A stretch of DNA of 64,000 bases from Mayamaea pseudoterrestris (taxonomy: Eukaryota): NCBI GenBank assembly GCA_027923505.1, contig BROI01000001.1:2790001-2854000 (forward strand), read 5' to 3'. Shown here piece after piece: positions 32,469-43,795 of the stretch. Each line of letters starts with the position of its first letter. The stretch's first letter is position 1. Under the pieces are notes generated by a model, which made no database searches, was not told where the DNA came from, and saw only the letters and a list, made by a program, of their open reading frames with translations. Both the position numbers and the translations under genes were made by a program.

Positions 32469-32898
32469 TTACATCAATTCCTTGTATCGACGATCACCAG
32501 TTTTGAGGAATTCGCTCCTACACCACATGTATATACCGAAGGGCACCAGACCCAAGTAAATAATCAAGATAGGGGCACCATCAGAATTGACCGAAAATGT
32601 TTTCTCGGTAATTTCGCGCTTGCCGTTCCATTCTTCCATAAATTTGTTTTTATTGGCTGCCATAGATGGTGGATAGCCGCCTGCTTTGCGTCTAAAGGTG
32701 AGACAATGCAACCATGAGATAAAAGTATGCAGTCATTGACAAGCGATGGAATGTTTTAGGTATATGCATGGTTGGAAGGTGGAAGTCGGAAGCTAACAAC
32801 CAACGGCATACGATTGCACCTTAGAAGCAAATCATCACATACCTTTGAAGGTGCATCAAAGACACACCGCTACGCTTCATGGCACTTAAAGAAAGCAT
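32469..32898 (-). CDS. Mitochondrial complex I accessory subunit B15 (NDUFB4)-like, 2 exons (32898-32843, 32691-32469), 92 aa
   Basis: NKNKFMEEWNGKRE...F plus a single TM helix resembles plant-type B15. A GTATGT..TTTAG intron adds a basic leader MLSLSAMKRS. Confidence 0.65.
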
Positions 32899-33147
32899 GG
32901 TCCCGTATGTCAATCACAAAGAAGGAAAGGCTACTCGCTTGATATCGCTGCGTCGTCGCTCTCGCTGCAGCATGATGTGACGTTCCAGATGGTCGTCTCA
33001 CTGGTTATGATCTGTACCGGTACGACGACCAAGCTATTGCCTTCTATACGTACGACTACGATAGGAAAGTGAAGCTAAACATTGGTCTCGAAAAAGAAAA
33101 ACTGCATGCACAAGACACTGTGACAAGACGAGTTTTTAGATAAACAA

Positions 33148-34332
33148 TCATAGCGCGACAAGTCCATCGTTCGGGAGTAACGGCTTGGTAAGCAACTTCA
33201 TTTCGACGCCAAACTCACCCTGGCCCTGCTGAGCAAGGTAGATATCATGGGCTTTGGTCGTCTTGCTGGCGATAGCCGGAATCGAGTCCGGTGGTGTAAT
33301 TTGCGGAAGTGCAACCTTGTGACTTTCAAGGTCATCAGGAACGTCATCCTCCGGGACAAAAATGGGCCCATTTCTGATTCCGGCGCCTTTTGCATTCAAG
33401 TAGCCTTTCGAAGATGTGATACGTATTTCGCCCGCCTTTAAAGAGTTAGTATCCAAGTCCTTTTCCCACTCGCAGTCTTCCCGCGCCGATTGTGAAGCAT
33501 CTTCCAGTACCCAGTCCGCCAACTCTAGGTAACTAATGATCACAGTGAAGGAGAAACCGCAAATGCGTGAGTAACTATTTTCTTACTGACAAAAACTGTC
33601 ACGAGTACAATCTGCATCGACTTACGCTCTCGCTTCGCTTGTGCCGAGATCGGGGTATTCCGCTAAAAATGCGTGAAGCTTATATTCCTTGGCATCCGTG
33701 TCTTGCACTCGAATACAACCACTGCGTAACGCTTGTTTTGAGAGAGGTATTACTAGTTTCTTTGGAGCGAGCAAAAGTGAATTACCCGAAAAGCTGTTGG
33801 CTTGTCGAAGCCGCGTGACATTAACCTTGTAGGCCAAACAAATTCCTTGAAGCGTGTCTGTCGGAAGAACGACATGCTCCACGTAGTCGACACCTAGGAC
33901 ACCCTTACCGCTCGGCCCTAAAGCATTGTCACATGAGTCAATAGTCGATGATGAAGTCGTTCGCTGTATCTTACATGGAAGGGAGCATGGCGTACAGTCC
34001 GACGTAAGGTGTTGTTCCATACTGGCGAGCGATCGGACTGATCCAACCTTGGCTATCAAAGACGGAGCTGAGTTTTGCGACAACTGCTTCTCCGATAAAA
34101 CCTCCCATTCTTCATTATTATCATGAATATCACTTGGGATGTTTTCGACGACCCGCATCGCGAGGACTTTTTGCTCGTCGACGGAACAATTGACGAGTCG
34201 CCATTCCCTCGTATCCTTCTGCTCCTTCCAGATCTTTCCAGTCGGCGGCTTGGGCAGGGGCTCACGCAGGTGACTGTAGTCCGCCGTCGGTCCTCGCCTG
34301 ACTATTTTTTGCTGCTTCCAAGGAAAGTTCAT
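33148..34332 (-). CDS. Intracellular LysM-domain protein with UBA-like segment, 2 exons (34332-33626, 33532-33148)
   Basis: HVVLPTDTLQGICLAYKVNVTRLRQANSF....LVIP (LysM) and spliced SEARAYLELADWVLEDA. Confidence 0.8.
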
Positions 34333-34807
34333 GGTTAATAGCGACAAGAGTGTGACTGCTTGTTTGTTCGCTGACTGCACCTGAACCTATTGTGTGCGAA
34401 CTTCTTGGATGATGACACCCACCGAACGCACTCGTAATCCGAAGTCGGCCTCACGCAACCAACCGCAATGTCGGCAACCCGTTGTCTATGTAGCAACGCC
34501 AGTTGACCGAGGCATCCTGGTTCTGCCCTCACTTGAAAAGACTCGACGCTTCTGCAGCGCTTCGAACAAATTTCGCAACGTGGCCGGCCGGCGTCCATTC
34601 ACAGTATCGTACTCGTACGACTGACTTGAGTCCCAGTCCGACGCAGTTTGAATGAGCAGCGCGCCATCATCGACGACGCTCAACCATCATCGGCGGCCAA
34701 CTCCTCATTCGGTTTGACAGTATAGTGTAATAAGTATGTACCGGTCTTCATGAGTCTACAATCAATGGAATAGAGCATGATGAAAATCTGAAGCTTTATC
34801 AACCATA

Positions 34808-36292
34808 ATGATGCAACCAATTTCTCCCAAGTCTGAGCGAGAAATCATTATACGACGAACGTCCTCGACCGTCGCGCCTCGTTCCGCTTCCTCTGCTCTC
34901 GAAGTTCTGGACATTGATGCAATCACATATGACAGCAAATGTCCTCCCATGAAGCTCCGATCACATCAACTGGCAAGGCTCCGAAACAGGCTAAAATCGC
35001 TTTTTGGCTACCTTTGTGGACTTGTCGCCTTGGTGCTCTTTGTCAACTTGGTTGTCGGCACTAAAATCTCAGGGTACCTCGGCAACAGTCATATCCACTT
35101 AAAGAATGAAACAGAAACAGCAAGTACCAAAAATGGCCGTAAACGTATTACGAGAGCTCCTAGTAAGCCTCCAACTTTACCACCGACAAAGCTGCCGGAT
35201 ACAGGCAAAATGCGCAGCAGCCGCGGCAGCAACTTGACGAGTAATTCGCCACTTAATGATAATCCTTGGTTCGAGGACGATGCTTTAGACAGTCAGGCAA
35301 CTAACGACAAGCCGCTTACCCCAATGGTTGCCAATGCATCCGCTATCTTTACTGAACGTTGGTGTGACTTGCATGGTGTCGATTGGATGCCATCAAAGAC
35401 AAATATTTGGCAGCGAAATGTTCCATACTTTATGATCCCTGGAGCCAAGTACAGCGGAACGTTGGAGCTTGCGCAGGAGCTTGTGATGCATCCTTCCATC
35501 GTACAGGGTCGGTCGCTAGAACCCGCGTTTTTCTTTCAGCACAATTTTCAACGCTACGTGTCGGCAAACCACGACAAGACCAAGGTGCTGGCTGCACGTT
35601 CACGCATGTATGCTCGAGACTATCCACTGTCTGCTGCATTAAAGCAGCCGAAAAGCAAGCTAGTGTCTTTTGATGCCACGCCAGGATATCTATTTTACTC
35701 GAGCACACTTCCTCGACGAGTACTGTGCGTCATGCCTTGGGTGCGAATGGTTATTGTGCTTCGAAACCCCGTCGATCGTGTGTGGGAGCACTATCAAGGT
35801 GCCAAGACACGGGGCTTGACACTGACTCTAGAGGAGTGGGTGGATAAGGAATTTTTTCTCATGGAGCAGGTAGGATTGTTGAATGCTACATCCAAGGAGG
35901 AGAATTACGCGTGGCACGACTACCAGCGTGCCACTCTTGAAGGCGCGATTGGAAGGTCACTGTACGATATCCAGTTGCGACAATGGTTTCAAGCATTGCG
36001 CGCCATTGGCAGAAATCCGTCCAAAACCGTTTACGTTGTGCGGGCCGATGACCTAGCTCTGAATCCGCAGAAGGAATATTCTGCAATCCTAAAATTCTTA
36101 CAGCTGACAGACGCTCCTTTAAGGAAGCCTGCTGCATGGAATCGATTCCTAAACAATCAAGCGGAGAGGGAAGGGATGGACGCAAACACTCGACGACGAC
36201 TCGAAATGTTTTTTACGCCGTACAGCAAGCGGCTCAAGTCTGTGTTGCGACGATATCGCGTACGAACTGGAGGTAATCTAAAAAGATTCTAG
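34808..36292 (+). CDS. Type II membrane PAPS-dependent sulfotransferase (heparan sulfate sulfotransferase-like)
   Basis: TM helix, stem, IPGAKYSGT (5'-PSB loop), HP, FDATPGY, LRNPVDR (3'-PB), and LEMFFTPY. Confidence 0.88.
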   Translation: MMQPISPKSEREIIIRRTSSTVAPRSASSALEVLDIDAITYDSKCPPMKLRSHQLARLRNRLKSLFGYLCGLVALVLFVNLVVGTKISGYLGNSHIHLKNETETASTKNGRKRITRAPSKPPTLPPTKLPDTGKMRSSRGSNLTSNSPLNDNPWFEDDALDSQATNDKPLTPMVANASAIFTERWCDLHGVDWMPSKTNIWQRNVPYFMIPGAKYSGTLELAQELVMHPSIVQGRSLEPAFFFQHNFQRYVSANHDKTKVLAARSRMYARDYPLSAALKQPKSKLVSFDATPGYLFYSSTLPRRVLCVMPWVRMVIVLRNPVDRVWEHYQGAKTRGLTLTLEEWVDKEFFLMEQVGLLNATSKEENYAWHDYQRATLEGAIGRSLYDIQLRQWFQALRAIGRNPSKTVYVVRADDLALNPQKEYSAILKFLQLTDAPLRKPAAWNRFLNNQAEREGMDANTRRRLEMFFTPYSKRLKSVLRRYRVRTGGNLKRF

Positions 36293-36524
36293 ATATTTAA
36301 TATTTAAAACATATGTCTATACTTTAGCCATATACTGTAGTACACTGAGACACTGAGATGTCATCCATGCTACCGATTGCTATTAGTTGCAGTCGCACTG
36401 ATGCTGCCGCTAGCTAAAGTCACAGTGGTACTCTATTCACATTCATGGGAGCAAAAATATTTAGCAGTCGCGAGCGAAACATCAAGCAAAACCAAGTTCC
36501 TGCATCACAAAGAAGTTCGAAACT

Positions 36525-37358
36525 ATGAGCAACGCTACTAGGCGTATTGATATGCAGCCGGTCCGACGTGGACCGAAGCCTGGAAGCAAACATGGAAGAG
36601 TTTTGACTCAAAAAGAGTGGCATTCACTCTGCGATCTTTATGTCAACTCTCATGACGATATGGCGCAACGTGACTTTTTGATTTCTAATGTGTCGGGAGG
36701 TATTGTTAGTGGTACCAGTAGTGAATGTGTTTCTTTCAGTCGCCGGCTAAAGCTTTTTCGCAATGGTGACTTGATTCCATCAGAAAGCAAACGAAATCGG
36801 CGACCCGAATTCACTGCGCTCGAAGCAAAAATAGTGGCATACATTAGGGAAAATCACCAGAACTTGGCTAAAGAAAGCGCGAATTTATGGCAGCATATAT
36901 TGAGTGTAAGTGCCGATTGGGCACACGACTTTGATGAGCCAATCTATCGCGGGTTCAAGGCCAGCGCAGGATGGCTGCGCCGCGTTTTGAGGCGAAACAG
37001 TATTGATCTCAAGATTTCATCGGAACCCAGCAATGAGCCACCAAGTGCTTTTTTGACGCCTCGACATGCATCGCATCAGGTGAATAGTCAACAGCATCAG
37101 CTTGAATTAGCGCCGGCGTTAACAGAACGGACACCTTTGCAACAAGAGGATTTAGAATCGAGTCCAGTGTCCCTGCAGCAGCAACACGTGGAAATGTCGG
37201 ACGCGCAGCAACAAATTATTGCTCTTCGTAAGTTTGCCATTGGCTTGGGGATCTCAGTTTCGGGTTTGGGACATCTTGTTCTGTTCGAAAACGAGTTGTA
37301 CCAGGCGGACCCCACGACAACGCGACTTTGTTCAACGTCTACCAAGTCTATCTGGTAG
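36525..37358 (+). CDS. CENP-B/Tc5 (pogo-type) HTH DNA-binding domain protein without transposase catalytic domain
   Basis: KRNRRPEF.ALEAKIVAYI...FKASAGWLRRVLRRN followed by a Q-rich tail. No DDE domain. Confidence 0.7.
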   Translation: MSNATRRIDMQPVRRGPKPGSKHGRVLTQKEWHSLCDLYVNSHDDMAQRDFLISNVSGGIVSGTSSECVSFSRRLKLFRNGDLIPSESKRNRRPEFTALEAKIVAYIRENHQNLAKESANLWQHILSVSADWAHDFDEPIYRGFKASAGWLRRVLRRNSIDLKISSEPSNEPPSAFLTPRHASHQVNSQQHQLELAPALTERTPLQQEDLESSPVSLQQQHVEMSDAQQQIIALRKFAIGLGISVSGLGHLVLFENELYQADPTTTRLCSTSTKSIW

Positions 37359-37684
37359 CGGATAATTACGCTATACTAGTGTCGTAGAGCATCACTCATG
37401 GAATGTGGAATGGTTGGTTTTCTATTACGGCCAAGCGTCTCACGTCGTAGTACGAGTAGCTATTTTGTAAGTACCTGTCCGACGTCTGTGGTATCTGTAT
37501 ACCTGGAATATAACGCCTCATGAGCTTTGCATCTTCAATGAGTACAGTCAAGCACAGTGAGAATTTATCGCATGCCGGCCGTTGATGCTTGCTCCCTCCG
37601 ACGTCGGCTGAGGTGCATCTGCGCGAAGCGCTCCTCACTTTTTGAAATTTCAGCGACGAAACAAACCTGTGACGACGGACGACG

Positions 37685-38996
37685 ATGAGGTTATATTGGC
37701 TTGTCCTGATATTTGGCATAGTCTCAGGCCATGGCGAATATCGTTCTCTAAAAGATACTGTCGAGTTACAAACGATTCTGACGAATTCAACTGGACTGGG
37801 TGACGTCCTAGCTCCAATCGTCGGTAAGTCCGTGGACGCATCTGGGGAGCATGAATGACTGACACTGACAGTGAAGGACAATTGCGGAGATTGCATCTTA
37901 GCGAGCGACATGATGGTCTCCTACATGATTAAAGGATCTCACACAGCTATTTATTAACCAGGTGGACAGCAAGCACCACAAGGTCGTTACCCATTTTTTG
38001 TTCAAGGAAATGGTTGTGGAGCTTCACTTGTTTGGGCGGATGTCGTTCTAACAGCTGCACACTGTCGGGGCCGCTTCGACGGTCAGGTTCTCGTTAGTGC
38101 TGAGCGCAAGAACTGGCCTCAGGGTGGAGCTGTATACAAGAAGACCCTCAGCTCCATGATGTTTCACCCAATGAATCAAGTTGGTACTTACAAATACGAT
38201 TTTATGATGTTTAAGATCGAGCCTGTTGAGAATTACGAGTACAAGATTATGCAACTTAATGGCAGTCCAGCCTCGCCAACTGAAGGAGAAGTTCTGACCG
38301 TTATTGGCATGGGCTATACGCAAGAAGGAGGTCCATCGACTGAAATTCTTAATCAAGTCGATGTGATGGCATTCTCAACCAGTCAATGTCAAGCCTCCTA
38401 CGGCAGCTCCATTATTCCTGAGGCTATGCTATGTGCTGGCTGGCCACAAGGCGGAAAAGACAGCTGCAATGGTGATTCTGGTGCGCCACTATTCAACAGC
38501 CAGGGTCAACAAGTTGGTCTTACATCGTTTGGTTCAGGATGTGCGAGGGCCGGCAAGCCTGGTAAGTATATATGCGTCCATTAGATCATTGCAATCTTTG
38601 AAGATGCTCAAGATGCTTTTTCTAACGAATGTTTCTTTCTCTTCAGGCGTGTATGCCCGAATCTCAGGAGCAAAAGACTGGATTGATCAAACGATATGCT
38701 CGTTGTCTTCTTATCCTCCAAGCTGGTGCTTCGCTCAACAAGCGCCGATCAGCACCCTTACTGTGAATCAGCCAGTAGCTCCCCCAACTCAAAGACCAAC
38801 GCCACCACCATCTCGATATCCAACGCTTCCACCCACACTACCGCCAGTTCCTGTCGCCACTCCAATACCAACTCGGTATCCAACTCATCCGCCGATTCCT
38901 GTCCCAGTAGTTCCCATTCCAACGCCACAACCTACAGTCATGTTTCAACAGCAAGGAACTGCTCGTTTTAGCTTCCAGTCGCAGGTTTCATCGTAG
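37685..38996 (+). CDS. Secreted trypsin-like protease, C-terminally truncated copy (exons 37685-37823, 37962-38561, 38647-38996)
   Basis: Signal peptide, IVGG, TAAHC, DFMMFKI and DSCNGDSGAP. The reading frame crosses the duplication junction and stops after the novel tail TARFSFQSQVSS. Confidence 0.85.
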
Positions 38997-39628
38997 GGTG
39001 GTTCACCAATTACTTGGCGTTGAAAATCATCTTCCAGCCGTTGGAACCTAAAAAGGTTTTGTGCTGGACCATTCAAGGGATTTTCTTGAAGCGGCAGAAA
39101 GAAGTGTCTGCTATTTTCGCACGGGTAGTGATAACTGAAATCATGCATGTCAAGGTTTGTGTACAATGGATCCGTTGAATGCATATACGCGTGTCGTCTC
39201 TAGTGAATCCTGACCCATTTGCACTTTAATCACACTAGGCTATTTGGGAGGCAATACTCACAGGGCCACTCTCCAGCAATTTTTTTGCTATGTTGCGGGC
39301 GCATACCCTTGTATTCACGGATAGGCTCATTGCAGAGATTCAGCCATTGGCGGTAGCCGGGCTTGGTGCCGACACATTCGCTCAAATGAAAGAAGATATT
39401 GCCCAAAAGGTAATCGACAGTCTTCCTTCCATCATCGACAACTCGTATGGATACACGCAGGAAGCTTTGGACATGGAAAACACTATACGAACAAAAATGC
39501 AAGAGCTGGAAGCACCTGAGTTTGAAGGAGTACTGCATCCAGCCTTCGAAGAGGACGAGATCCAATTAATCGCACTAGGCGGCATCTTGGGCGCTATTGT
39601 AGGATATCTACAAACATTTACAATGTAA
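38972..39628 (+). pseudogene. 5'-truncated duplicate of the DUF445-like gene (exons 4-5 only)
   Basis: Matches 26440-27096 but lacks the promoter and exons 1-3. Confidence 0.85.
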
Positions 39629-39692
39629 CAAACCAAGCACATCAGCATTCTAGTAGCAGTTTTGTGTAATCTATTAGCGAGGTTGTAGCGAG

Positions 39693-39956
39693 TTAATACA
39701 GGGACCTCACTCCAATAACATCGTACTGTTCCCCTAGCATCTTGATGACATTGCCATCATCATCAATGTATTCAATCTTCTTTTGTAGACTGAATCGCTC
39801 AAAGGACTTTGTCAATATGCGATCTGTCGTAAGGAACTCGACACTACTCCCTTGCTTTTTGGCGGCGAGAATTTTCGGCACCAGATCAGCTGCCACTCCT
39901 TCTGGTGGTGCCGCCAGCACTCCAAACGGAAAGTTGCGAACTGTAGTAATCGTCAA
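39693..39956 (-). CDS. Short hypothetical protein, duplicate
   Basis: Copy of 27161-27424. Confidence 0.35.
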   Translation of the reverse strand: MTITTVRNFPFGVLAAPPEGVAADLVPKILAAKKQGSSVEFLTTDRILTKSFERFSLQKKIEYIDDDGNVIKMLGEQYDVIGVRSLY

Positions 39957-40499
39957 CGAAGTTGTTTACTGTCTGATAGTGTGCATAGTGGTAGTTTCCA
40001 CTGCCGAAACGGTATGATAGGTGCTGCTATGGTAGCATACGCAAGACGCGTCCACGATTCGGCGAAGCTGCAGCGTCACAGTCATTGGTGGTCTTTGTGA
40101 CTCCGACATTAACACGATCAAGGATAAGCCTTCTTCGCACGTTTTCACGAACAGAAAAGTGTCAATGACTATTGCCGTCGAACTGGAACAGACCTTTCTA
40201 CTATTGCTAGCAGGCAATGTCTAAATTACTTATGCCTTGCATGGGTGATTGGTTGATTTTTTTCGTCTTTTGTGGGATGTTGAGAATCTTTATATAGCCT
40301 CCTCGGACATTCCAGTGCGTTTATTCACAGTTACTTAACCAAGGCAAGACCGTTCTTGAGGTGCCCTTCTTGCCTTGTGTTCGGTTGCGTTCCTTGATTC
40401 CTCGCGCGACCGGATCACGAATAAGAGGCGAAGGACGCCCATTATTCGACCCTCGTGGAACAAACAAGCGACAACAAGCAGTTTAGTCTTAGTTCCCAT

Positions 40500-41195
40500 A
40501 TGCAAGCAATGAACTCCCACGACAGTATATTGTTATTATCGCCCAGATTGGCAATGGATACCATTGCAAATCCACCATTCATGCAACAAAGCAACATTTA
40601 CTGCAGAACTGCGTCCCCACATTCGAAGCGAAGGCGGCGGACGCAAAAAAACGTGTCCTTTGCCGAGGACGCCTTGTCGTATCCTACGTGTCTTTACGCG
40701 GAAGAGGCTGCGTCTACCTGGTATTCGCGACAGGAATTAGAGGCGTTCAAAACCGAACGACGAAACCTGGTCGTTATTTTGAAAAAGAACGATTTTGACC
40801 TTCGACGGGTCGGATACCATTTTTGTCTACGCGGGCTCGAGCCCTACTTTAGTCTACATGCCAACAAATCCACCAAAGGCGCAAGGGACGCTGTCATGCA
40901 GACGGTGTTCGTTGAACAGGAGAGGCAACGTACCTCGGGGCTTCTTGACGCCGAAGCAATGCGTACAGTCGTCACGGAAGCTTCGCGTACAGCCCAACAG
41001 ATTGCTATAAAATTGGGATCAAGCGATGCAGCGGAAGCGATGACTATCCATGGAGAATCACTTTTAGAGCAGCTTGCCATTCGAGCGGAGAAGGGGCTTA
41101 GCTCTTGCATTCGAAGAGGGGTGGTAAAGACACCGTCTTTGACTCAGCAGGAAGCGACTAGTTTGACCAGAGCGCTTCAACAACGACAAGACTGA
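40500..41195 (+). CDS. Diatom-type hypothetical protein, duplicate (one L>H change)
   Basis: Copy of 27968-28663; YFSLLANK versus YFSLHANK. Confidence 0.7.
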   Translation: MQAMNSHDSILLLSPRLAMDTIANPPFMQQSNIYCRTASPHSKRRRRTQKNVSFAEDALSYPTCLYAEEAASTWYSRQELEAFKTERRNLVVILKKNDFDLRRVGYHFCLRGLEPYFSLHANKSTKGARDAVMQTVFVEQERQRTSGLLDAEAMRTVVTEASRTAQQIAIKLGSSDAAEAMTIHGESLLEQLAIRAEKGLSSCIRRGVVKTPSLTQQEATSLTRALQQRQD

Positions 41196-41267
41196 TCAAT
41201 AAATTTCTGGCACTTATACTTAATCCAAAGTCTTATGTTTAGAACATAGTCGTTGCCAAGCCCCTAA

Positions 41268-43346
41268 TCACTCATTATGGGCAATCCCATGCCTCTTTTT
41301 TGCGGTCCGACGCTTTAGTGCTTGCACATGGTTATGGTAAACTTGAACCCGATTCGATTGGCCAGCTTTCAGTGGTGTGTCCATGGACGCACCAGTGAAC
41401 AAGGAAAGAATGATTGGCATGCGCAAGTGCGATTGGCGCGACGGAGGCCTCGCTAGCGCAGTAGATTTCGTCCATTGCAGAGCATTCTCTGTAAGCGCCA
41501 AGTTTTCGATGGAAGTGCGGTCATTCTTGTATGTTTTATACGCTTGCACATATTTCTGGTAGGCCTCAACCTTGTTGGAGGGTTGATTGGCGACGCTCTG
41601 AGAAGAACAACTTTTCACATTCACATCCGTTTCCACATGAGAGCTGTCCGGCGTCACCGATCGCAAATTATCCAGCGGCGAGAGTGCGGCCAAAGTGACT
41701 TCCAGTGTCTTGTGCTGCTCGTTTGGCACGGTGCAAGATGTCCGCACAATGCTAATGCAATCGCCGTCGCCGGGAGCTCCTTTAACAACAAATTCTGGGC
41801 TTGGAAAAGCGCTTCTTGTTTGTGTGGCAGAGCAACAGACATCGATTGCCTTTGTCAGCATTCTTCCGCCAAACAGCGTCAACATTACTTCGCAATGCTG
41901 AAGAACAATTCTGCTACGCTCAAGGGATGTATTACGAGACTTGATTGCACTTTGGAGACTGGCAGGATTAAACAATGTTTGGCGCGATGATGGATCGCGC
42001 TTGACGGAGGCTGCCGGCGATTTAAAAAGAAAGGTTTTGCCCCCAAACCAAGACAGAATGGGTGCTGTTCTTGAGCAAACCATTGTCAGACTTCTCGTCT
42101 TTGTCCAATAACTCCAGAGAGCATTTGGGTCCATTCGTGACACTTTTTCTCTGTCTTGCGCGTCAACAAGAGTATCAAATGGATCGAAGACAACAAAGGG
42201 TAGTCGACGACCATTTTTACAGGATTCTTCAACATGCAGCGAAACCGGCATAATCACCTTTCCATTCGACGTCCTCACATTTCCTGGCAAGTGTGGGGTG
42301 CTGTTGTTGTTGTCGATTTGGTGAGAAACAAATGACCGGTCGGCAGTTGAAGAGCTGAGCATCGGTTTATCTGGCTGGAAGGCCAACATTCCTTTTGCAT
42401 GCCAAACACGGTAGGCGCTTGTCACATTCATGGGTTCGCAGCAAACCAGGGCTGAAAGCGTTGGGCGCTCCGTTAAAGTGTTTTCTGATTGAAGACGAAA
42501 AATTGGTGACGGTGGGCCAGCAACCTCACGTGTCGACAATGCAGGGCTCGCGTCTAACTGCTGATCAATGCTACAACCCGAAATGGATGGAGTTGGTGTA
42601 ACATCATACAAAGGGTCTTCTTGATCGCCAAATCTTGAAGCCTTGCTTTCATCCTCATCCTCGCTAAGTAGCATGTTTCCACCGCCCGTTGGCGTGAACG
42701 CTTGCTCCAACCATTTCTTCTTACGATCAACACTACCTCGCTCGACGCTAGATGTATTCTTGCCTGGAGATCCACTGCATACGGGATCAAGCTCTTCTGT
42801 TGTGCACAAAGACTCAGTAGCCTTGTCGAAGTTAGTAGTTGATGCAGAAACGTTCATGGTTGACGTGTACTTCACAGGGGAGTTTTCGAATAAAGCAGTT
42901 CTCTCGGCGATTTTTTGACCACGAATTACAGGAGTCCGATTCGCAAGAGCCTCATTGCTGTAGCGACGAGGACTCGGTATCGGAGATTCTTTCTGTACAG
43001 TCTTGTACAAAGACGGTCCAGTCAGGAGAGGTGAATTTGACATGTGTGACTGCGACTGCGGCAATCGCAACGCCGCTTCTTCAGTGACTGGAGCAAGCAG
43101 AGACTTCAGAGGCTTGGGAGTCTGAGTTTCAATTAAGCTCTCTGACATTGACGCACTCTCAGCGGTCGACATGGTCAGTTCGGGAGATGGCGAATCTCTA
43201 ACGACGGAAGACGTCAGCGGCGTTGGTTCGATGATACTACCTGAACCTCCTCTGCAACCGACTGCGACCCCAGTAAACGCTTCGGGCTTTTTGATGCTCC
43301 CATTTCTTCTCCGTTCACCAAATCGCAGCCGCTTGAAAAGGCTCAT
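41268..43346 (-). CDS. Hypothetical Ser/Pro-rich protein, duplicate
   Basis: Copy of 28736-30814. Confidence 0.6.
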   Translation of the reverse strand: MSLFKRLRFGERRRNGSIKKPEAFTGVAVGCRGGSGSIIEPTPLTSSVVRDSPSPELTMSTAESASMSESLIETQTPKPLKSLLAPVTEEAALRLPQSQSHMSNSPLLTGPSLYKTVQKESPIPSPRRYSNEALANRTPVIRGQKIAERTALFENSPVKYTSTMNVSASTTNFDKATESLCTTEELDPVCSGSPGKNTSSVERGSVDRKKKWLEQAFTPTGGGNMLLSEDEDESKASRFGDQEDPLYDVTPTPSISGCSIDQQLDASPALSTREVAGPPSPIFRLQSENTLTERPTLSALVCCEPMNVTSAYRVWHAKGMLAFQPDKPMLSSSTADRSFVSHQIDNNNSTPHLPGNVRTSNGKVIMPVSLHVEESCKNGRRLPFVVFDPFDTLVDAQDREKVSRMDPNALWSYWTKTRSLTMVCSRTAPILSWFGGKTFLFKSPAASVKRDPSSRQTLFNPASLQSAIKSRNTSLERSRIVLQHCEVMLTLFGGRMLTKAIDVCCSATQTRSAFPSPEFVVKGAPGDGDCISIVRTSCTVPNEQHKTLEVTLAALSPLDNLRSVTPDSSHVETDVNVKSCSSQSVANQPSNKVEAYQKYVQAYKTYKNDRTSIENLALTENALQWTKSTALARPPSRQSHLRMPIILSLFTGASMDTPLKAGQSNRVQVYHNHVQALKRRTAKKRHGIAHNE

Positions 43347-43795
43347 ACTGTGAGTCCGAGCTTGCAGCAGGCGCAAATGGCTGCAGAGGTGTGGGCGATA
43401 CCAATCGAAATCCTATGTTGAGGTTGCCGTGTCGCGGGTGGCGGATGTTCGCACCTCTTTTAAGTCGACGAGCGATCCAGGCCACAGCACTATAATCTTG
43501 TACTATATGTCGTCGACCTATTCTTTTTGTTTGGTAGTTAGCGTGGGTCAACGTTAGAGCATCACTTCCATGGTCGCAGCATGCATGCTTGGCAGGCTGG
43601 ATCAGAATTTTTGGCAGCTGGGTTTTGTTGCGGGCGCGCGCTTGAATGCCGCGCCACGCCGCGCCGCGCCGCGCATCCACTGGATCGCATGTTGACGTCA
43701 TGAAAGGACTATCCTAGCTTATCGTACCGGTACACGTCTGCGATCGAGTCGAATCGAATCCTTCTCGTCATTGCAAACTCGTTCGCATTCTCCAA

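Larger units (their letters stand above)
26425..38956 (+). repeat. Tandem segmental duplication, copy 1 (12,532 bp)
   Basis: All ORFs recur at a +12,532 offset. The unit starts AACTGCTCGTTTTAG and ends CAGCAAGG. Confidence 0.98.

Noticed and set aside
37396..37911. 171-aa minus-strand ORF (and copy at 49928-50443)
   Set aside because: Antisense to trypsin exon 1 and intron 1, with no domain signal.
38561..39628. In-frame trypsin-DUF445 fusion protein created by the junction
   Set aside because: Direct read-through stops at 38996, and the trypsin donors are phase 1 while the orphan exon 4 is phase 0.
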